This document shows, piece after piece, positions 25,292 through 31,257 of a DNA stretch of 33,956 nucleotides (its first letter is position 1; every line of letters starts with the position of its first letter). The notes beneath the pieces are model-generated. The model was not told the DNA's origin. It searched no databases and saw only the letters and a program-made list of their open reading frames with translations. Source of the DNA: an uncultured Gammaproteobacteria bacterium (GTDB lineage Bacteria > Patescibacteriota > Patescibacteriia > Patescibacteriales > UBA12465); assembly GCA_964416495.1 (NCBI GenBank), contig CAYQEI010000003.1, positions 1 to 33,956 on the forward strand. Direction: 5' to 3'. Position numbers and translations under genes: made by a program.

Positions 25292-26770
25292 TTAAAAAGT
25301 TAAACGACTATTTAAGTCTATAATAGCCTCTATTTCCGCTAAACTCAAATTGGTCTCAGACTCTCCTTCACTGATTGCTTCCTTAACTGTCTTCCCTTTA
25401 GCCATTGCTCTTTGCACATTAGCTAAATAGAGACGATTAACTGGACTTTTCTTCCAAGCGCCAATTGCTTCTATCATCTTACCATAGCCACTTTTTTCTA
25501 ATAACTTTATTTTCTGAAATATCTTAGTTGTTCTCTCTGCCGGAGTCTTACCTAAACGCCTGAAATTAATAATATCAAGGTAAAGCAACTCTTCAATCGG
25601 GCCCATTACTTTTGGACTTGGCTTAACATCTTGAATCTTTTGCCGACGACTATCGCCTGGTCGCGGTGCTGGACTCATTCGTTTTGGTGCTGGCGCCACT
25701 GGCTCTGCTTTAACAATATTTTCTCGGCTCGGTTTAGTTGCAACTTCTGTTTTCTTTTCTTCCTTTACAGGAGCTGGGCTAACTGCCTGAGAACCTAATT
25801 CTTGAGCAAATTGAATCGAACCTTTAGTCGCTTTATCAGATCCAGCAAAGAAACCTCTAAACAAACCCCTTTTCTCTGGCGGAGTGATAGTTTGCTCTGG
25901 TGGTCTAACAGCCTTCTTAGTTTGAGCTGACTCTTCCCCCATACTTGGCTCCGGTTTCACTAGCTCTGGTTCTTTAATCGGAGTAGAGCTCTCTGTCTTA
26001 GCTGGGACTAGCTCTTCCTCTGTTAGCTGAGCCTCAAGGGCTGATAACTCTTCTTCAATAGCAACTGCCTCTGGCTTTAGCCCCTCCTTGCTAGCCTCAG
26101 TCTCAACTGGTGCTGTCAGTGGAGTTAATGTCGGTGAGCTAATTTTTTTAGTTTCTCCCGATGCTAGAGCTTGCTTGAGATCATAGCCTGGCTCAATCCT
26201 TAACTCTGGCTTTAGACTTGGGCTTTGCGTTGATTGAGTTTGTTTCTGTTGATGATATTGATAACGATCACTCACTTTGAAAACTCGATCTATTTCCTCA
26301 GCTGATAATTCTAAACCACCCTTATCAATACTTTTAGCTAAAGCCTCTCTGGTATCTATTTTTCGTCTGACTCCTTTAATATAGGTTAGTAGTAGGCGGC
26401 GTAAACGCTCAACCAATTCAGTGCTAGCTAAGCTTAACCCCGCTTCTTTAATTACAGCCTCAATATTGTCAGTTGGGTCACCTTTTTTCGGGCTTAGACC
26501 TACATAATCTGCAACTTTAGAGAAGAATTTAGTTTTAAGGTCAGTGGCTAAACGCTGGGCTTTCTCTGCCCCTAAGCCTAACTCACTAATCAAAACTGAC
26601 TCAAGATCTGAGGCAGCTAAGCTCTTTATCATCACCCGCATGATTATCATCGCCAAATCAACTTGATAATCAGTCTCAAGTTGAGTCAATAAAGCCATCG
26701 CCTCAGGTGATGAGACCTTAGCTTTAATTTCAGTGGGTAGAGTCTTAAATTTTTGTAAATAATCAAACAT
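25292..26770 (-). CDS. Hypothetical soluble protein: N-terminal helical LPxxI module, long Pro/Glu/Lys-rich disordered centre, small helical C-terminal domain
   Basis: No TM helix or signal peptide. N-terminus MFDYLQKFKTLPTEIKAKVSSPEAMALL.... Low-complexity centre at about nt 25615-26260. Translationally coupled to the PrgI-like gene (1-nt gap). Confidence 0.6.
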   Translation of the reverse strand: MFDYLQKFKTLPTEIKAKVSSPEAMALLTQLETDYQVDLAMIIMRVMIKSLAASDLESVLISELGLGAEKAQRLATDLKTKFFSKVADYVGLSPKKGDPTDNIEAVIKEAGLSLASTELVERLRRLLLTYIKGVRRKIDTREALAKSIDKGGLELSAEEIDRVFKVSDRYQYHQQKQTQSTQSPSLKPELRIEPGYDLKQALASGETKKISSPTLTPLTAPVETEASKEGLKPEAVAIEEELSALEAQLTEEELVPAKTESSTPIKEPELVKPEPSMGEESAQTKKAVRPPEQTITPPEKRGLFRGFFAGSDKATKGSIQFAQELGSQAVSPAPVKEEKKTEVATKPSRENIVKAEPVAPAPKRMSPAPRPGDSRRQKIQDVKPSPKVMGPIEELLYLDIINFRRLGKTPAERTTKIFQKIKLLEKSGYGKMIEAIGAWKKSPVNRLYLANVQRAMAKGKTVKEAISEGESETNLSLAEIEAIIDLNSRLTF

Positions 26771-26813
26771 TAGCAGGTCTCAATTTAAGTAAAATATCCT
26801 ATCTGTAATTCTA

Positions 26814-26822
26814 ATTTTATCA
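26814..26822 (-). promoter_or_regulatory. Candidate extended -10 box TGATAAAAT for the 25292..26770-to-VirB4 transcription unit
   Basis: Reverse complement of attttatca, 43 nt upstream of ATG 26770 in the only sizeable spacer of the locus. Confidence 0.35.
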
Positions 26823-26885
26823 TATTCTTGATAAAAATGAAAAATAGATCATTCTTTATTCTCTAATAAATCAATCCTTCCCCTC

Positions 26886-26926
26886 TAAAGATAAAAGGAA
26901 AAAGCTAAACTAGATAGCTCTTCCTT
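26886..26926 (-). terminator. Candidate intrinsic terminator after 26949..28253
   Basis: Minus strand AAGGAAgAGCTA-loop-TAGCTttTTCCTT followed by TTATCTTT. The stem is interrupted. Confidence 0.4.
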
Positions 26927-26948
26927 AAGTAAGTTCGTACCAATCAAA

Positions 26949-28253
26949 TTAATTCTTTTTCTCCTTTTCTAAGCGTCTAATTTCCTGAGCAATCGTTTTA
27001 TACTCTAAAGATTCGACTGAGTAATCTCGTTGAATTAGCTTTAACTCCTCAACTAAACTACTTCTCTTCTCCGCTGGCTTAAACTCCACTTTAGCTTCTT
27101 GCTTTACCGGCTCTTGTCTCTTTGCTACCGGTTTGACTGGCTCTGTCACTGGATTAACTTGGCTTAAGGGTTTTTGAATTGGTGCCTCTGACCTTGCCGG
27201 TACGGGTGGCTTTGGCGCTGGTGGGGGAGTGCTGGCAACTGGGGCCTGACTAGCTCCTTGCTTAGCTTGGAAAGGGGAGGAAAGGACTTCAAAGTTCTCC
27301 GGTACTTTATTAGCACCAGTGGTAAGATAAAAATCAAGTCGATTGATATTATTATTAAATTTCAAAATGCGTAAAGCCAAAACTCTATCTGCTTCACTAA
27401 GTTTAGCCAAAGTTTTATTGGAAATAAATTCAGCAATATTTAGGTCCGAGCCCTCTAAACCATAGTTTTTGATAAAGCTCCTCAATAAGTTCTCAACTGT
27501 ACTGGCAATCTCTTGCCCACCAGAGACTAATTTTTCTTTAGAAAATTGTTCTTTATTATTTAAAAGCGTAGTCGCAATAGTGTCATGGAATTCTTGGTCT
27601 TTAATCCAAAGTAAAACAAAATGATAATTGAAATCATCAAGGTCCTCTTGTTGAGTTGAGTTAAGTAGTGCTATCAAACCCTCTTTTACTATAGTATTTA
27701 GCTCTTTTTTCTTTTCAGCTAACTCGTTAGCCTCATCTTCTTGAGAAAAGATTTCATCTAAATCTAGCTCTAGTTCAGTGTCTGCTAAAACATCAGTAAT
27801 CGAAGAAAATAATTCTTCTGCCTCCTTCTCCGCTTGGGCTTCGCCAGCTAAATAATCTTGCTCTTTTGCAATTGCTTCTTTTTGCTCAGCAATCACAGCA
27901 GCGAAACGACTTAAATCAACATTATGTTGCTTGAGATAATTACTAGCCTGACCGGAAAGCCAATCATCCATTATCAATAAACGAGCGCCAACTAATTGAA
28001 TTGCTAAACTAAGAGCTTTATCAGGAGCGGTTTGTAGTAAATCAGTAATCCTTTTTTCAAAACCAGTTATTTCAACTTCTTTTACCATCGCTCCTGCCAC
28101 TAAGTTAGCTAAAGGACCAATTAAATTACGATCCACATTAGCTACGTTAAATAGCTCTAAATTAATGTCTACTCCTTTAAGGGAGAAAGCATAGGAGCGG
28201 ATTGGCTCAGGCAGACTATTTAACTTGTTGTAGAGGTCTTTGATTTCTAACAT
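26949..28253 (-). CDS. Hypothetical soluble protein, paralogous in architecture to 25292..26770 (helical LPxxI N-module, acidic helical middle, Pro-rich tract, short helical C-terminus)
   Basis: MLEIKDLYNKLNSLPEPIRSYAFS.... Pro-rich tract APVASTPPPAPKPPVPARSEAPIQKP at about nt 27053-27263. No TM helix. Confidence 0.6.
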   Translation of the reverse strand: MLEIKDLYNKLNSLPEPIRSYAFSLKGVDINLELFNVANVDRNLIGPLANLVAGAMVKEVEITGFEKRITDLLQTAPDKALSLAIQLVGARLLIMDDWLSGQASNYLKQHNVDLSRFAAVIAEQKEAIAKEQDYLAGEAQAEKEAEELFSSITDVLADTELELDLDEIFSQEDEANELAEKKKELNTIVKEGLIALLNSTQQEDLDDFNYHFVLLWIKDQEFHDTIATTLLNNKEQFSKEKLVSGGQEIASTVENLLRSFIKNYGLEGSDLNIAEFISNKTLAKLSEADRVLALRILKFNNNINRLDFYLTTGANKVPENFEVLSSPFQAKQGASQAPVASTPPPAPKPPVPARSEAPIQKPLSQVNPVTEPVKPVAKRQEPVKQEAKVEFKPAEKRSSLVEELKLIQRDYSVESLEYKTIAQEIRRLEKEKKN

Positions 28254-28262
28254 AATAACTTA

Positions 28263-30731
28263 TTAATAATTTGCTAAAGCTGGGTTAGCATTAATTGCAG
28301 TTACTTTCCTTGTAAATGCACTCCGCTCACTAGCAGTCCAATTTGGATCAACTCCTAAACTCAAAATTACATCACGAATTTCTCTCACTAATTCTGGATT
28401 AGCACCATCTATCATCATGCTGTTTAATTGTCCTGCACTAATATTCTTCGCTACCATGTCTCGTAATACTGGTTGAGAAATATACGTGTCTTTATCCATT
28501 CTGTTTAAGTCTTTAGCTCTGGCCTGATTAATGTAAAGCTTGATGTTACTCTCCATTGCTCCAGGATCATGACTGAAAGCCTCTCCCCAGTCACCATAGG
28601 AATTAGCTATGATACTGGCATACCTGTTAGCCTGAGCACTATTTCCAGCTGTCTGCTCATCATCACGTCTACTCTCAAGTGCTGAGCGGTAGTTATTGTG
28701 TGCCGCCTGAGGTCTACCATCAAGAGTCTTGTTCATAACTGCCTCAAAATTATTACCAAATCTATTTTCCATTACTGACAAGAAGCCTTGTTGAGCAAAA
28801 GTTTCATCACTGATCTTGCCCAAATCAATCTTGCCTGTACGTAGAGCTTTCTCAAAGTCATCTCGGCCTACCTCAGTATCAAAATCATAATTGAAATGAG
28901 GTTGCTTAGCATCTATCTCCGCTTTTAGTTTTGCTCTAGATAATGGATTACGGTTAAAGACCTGCTTGAGCTCATCAACTTCATCTTTAGTCCTGAAAGC
29001 GGCCTTGCTAGCTTTGATTAAGCCTAGAGCCATCTTGTCTACAGTTGAAGTAGCGGCACTACTAAGCTTGCGATCAATTTCACCTCTACTCAAATCCATT
29101 GCTGTGTATTTAGCTTTAGCTTCTTCAACCTTCTTTTCATGTTCAGCTAAATTCTTAGCCTTATTCCCGCGATAATTAGATTGATAGGAATCATAAGTCG
29201 CTGCCCCCCAAGCACTCATCTTCTTTACTTCATTGCCATCGGCATCTCTAATAGCAGCGCCAAAACCTGTTCTTGTGCCAGAAGCATCCCTGGTAACCTC
29301 TTTGATAACCTTGCCATCTAAACCATATTCCCTACCCTGATAAGTTGTAGTGGCGGTGGAATCACCTTTAGTTGCCTCAAAAAGATCACGTTGTAGATTC
29401 TTTATACCAGCCTCTTCTTCACTCTTAGGAGCACCAAGGGAAACTCGATCTTTTACTCCCTGATAGAAATCTTTTACTTGACCAGCATGAGTACCAAATA
29501 AACCTTTATCAGAATAAATTGCTTCCCCTCCAGCCCTAACTATCTGTTTATCAATAGTATGGCCAAGAGTTCGATCAATTGAGCCAGCAACATGGCCGGC
29601 GCCCCTGCCTACTGCCTTGCCACCCTGCTTTGCCTTTGCTAAAGCAAAACCGCCAACAGCACCACCAGCTACTAAGCCAGCTGACTTTAGCTTACCCGAT
29701 GCCTTGCCCAGAGCTTGACCTGCAGCCCCACCAACTTCCTGCGCTATCTTCATACCACCAATTAACATGGCAATAGAAATGATAAACTTCATCATTGTTT
29801 CACTAGTAGTGTAGCCTTCCATTTGTTGCTCACCCTCAAGGTCTACTCCATCAGTGCTATTGACCTCATCAATCTTGAAGGCAGATAAGGTCTTATCTTC
29901 ATTAGTGCTAGGATTGCCTAAAGTCGCAAAAGATAACCAAACGAAGAACGCTAAAATCGGCCCAATAACTAAATTCTTAGTAAACTCTGTCCACCATTTT
30001 TTGGAGTAATTTTCTCCACCAGGAAAAGAGGCAAGTAGGTAAGCTAAAGGTGAGAGCACTACATACACCCAAATCATCACTAAACGCATAACTAGCATTA
30101 CCACCATGCTCAAAACAGTCACTAAGGCAATTAAAGCATAGAGTAAAGCTAGGAAATAGGCAGCTAGGACTCCCCAGCCACTGACTTCAGTACCAGTAAA
30201 ATCTTTCATTTTCTGCCATTCCTGGATCCCCAACATTTGAGTGAGGCTACCAGCGCCAATTTTGGAAAAGCTACCAACGAATGTCAACATTACGACTTGG
30301 GCGACATCTATTAATAGGCCACAAATTGTTTTGGAGAAGTTAATCAAAATTGCCATTAACACTAGACGAGGTAGCCATTTTTTGTAATTGTATTTCTCTT
30401 GTTGCAAGATTGTCGCTAAAGCAATAACTAAAAGAATAACGATAAAGAACATATTGGCGACATCGCGTACTACTCGCCAACCATAGGCTATTACTGGGGC
30501 ATTGGTAAAATCATTGTAGTTGACAACAGCCATAAAAATCCCCATCACCTTCGCTAAAATCCAGCCAATAATGGAGACTAGGGTTTTAACTAAACCGCCA
30601 ACAAGAATATGGGCCCAGCCTGCTTTTGCAAAAGCTATCTGTGGTAATGCTAAAAACAAAGTAGCCCCTACTACTGTCACCCAAATAATCGTTTTTTTCT
30701 GCTTACCGATTTGTTTTAGTATCTTTTTCAT
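28263..30731 (-). CDS. VirB6/TrbL/PrgH-like polytopic membrane protein with ~420-aa hydrophilic C-terminal domain of unknown function
   Basis: Signal-like N-terminus ...LALPQIAFAKAGW, then at least 6 hydrophobic helices (aa ~40-340, e.g. MFFIVILLVIALATIL, LVLMAILINFSKTICGLLIDVAQVVML), a Gly/Ala-rich segment, then a charged soluble domain. Confidence 0.65.
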   Translation of the reverse strand: MKKILKQIGKQKKTIIWVTVVGATLFLALPQIAFAKAGWAHILVGGLVKTLVSIIGWILAKVMGIFMAVVNYNDFTNAPVIAYGWRVVRDVANMFFIVILLVIALATILQQEKYNYKKWLPRLVLMAILINFSKTICGLLIDVAQVVMLTFVGSFSKIGAGSLTQMLGIQEWQKMKDFTGTEVSGWGVLAAYFLALLYALIALVTVLSMVVMLVMRLVMIWVYVVLSPLAYLLASFPGGENYSKKWWTEFTKNLVIGPILAFFVWLSFATLGNPSTNEDKTLSAFKIDEVNSTDGVDLEGEQQMEGYTTSETMMKFIISIAMLIGGMKIAQEVGGAAGQALGKASGKLKSAGLVAGGAVGGFALAKAKQGGKAVGRGAGHVAGSIDRTLGHTIDKQIVRAGGEAIYSDKGLFGTHAGQVKDFYQGVKDRVSLGAPKSEEEAGIKNLQRDLFEATKGDSTATTTYQGREYGLDGKVIKEVTRDASGTRTGFGAAIRDADGNEVKKMSAWGAATYDSYQSNYRGNKAKNLAEHEKKVEEAKAKYTAMDLSRGEIDRKLSSAATSTVDKMALGLIKASKAAFRTKDEVDELKQVFNRNPLSRAKLKAEIDAKQPHFNYDFDTEVGRDDFEKALRTGKIDLGKISDETFAQQGFLSVMENRFGNNFEAVMNKTLDGRPQAAHNNYRSALESRRDDEQTAGNSAQANRYASIIANSYGDWGEAFSHDPGAMESNIKLYINQARAKDLNRMDKDTYISQPVLRDMVAKNISAGQLNSMMIDGANPELVREIRDVILSLGVDPNWTASERSAFTRKVTAINANPALANY

Positions 30732-30742
30732 AACTTATTTAA

Positions 30743-31231
30743 TTATGACCCTCGAATAAATCTGATAATTGTTCCAGCTGGGCTACTCCAAATAAAGCCC
30801 ATGATTCCTTGGATTATTTCCATTGCCTTTATCGCAATATCTACCATTTTTAGCACTGCTCCAGCAATAGCCATGAGAAATATCAACTGAATTAGACAAC
30901 CTAGAGCTAGACAACCTACCGCCATTTTCTTAATTAATTCACCCTGCCCTCCAACAAACCTATCCTTATGCTTTAGGGCTAAACCAATCGCCCTTAGCCA
31001 AGGAATTTTGGTCTTTTTACCTAACTTATCAACAACATCAACAGCTAAATCTGCCTTTTTTTCCGTTGCTTGCTTTTCCTGGCTACGAGCCTGCAAGACT
31101 GCTTGGTGTAAACTTTCAGGCTCTTGCTCTAAGTAGCTAAACTCCTCCCTTTTGCTTTCCCTTAACTCGCCTGCCCGATCTGAGCTATGAGCACCTCGTC
31201 CTGGTTCTAAAGTGCTATCATCTTGCGCCAT
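30743..31231 (-). CDS. Small membrane protein (charged ~100-aa N-terminus, two C-terminal TM helices)
   Basis: MAVGCLALGCLIQLIFLMAIAGAVL and IIQGIMGFIWSSPAGTII hydrophobic segments. 11-nt gap to the VirB6-like gene. Confidence 0.5.
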   Translation of the reverse strand: MAQDDSTLEPGRGAHSSDRAGELRESKREEFSYLEQEPESLHQAVLQARSQEKQATEKKADLAVDVVDKLGKKTKIPWLRAIGLALKHKDRFVGGQGELIKKMAVGCLALGCLIQLIFLMAIAGAVLKMVDIAIKAMEIIQGIMGFIWSSPAGTIIRFIRGS

Positions 31232-31257
31232 AATCGTTTGTTTATCTTTATCTGTTA

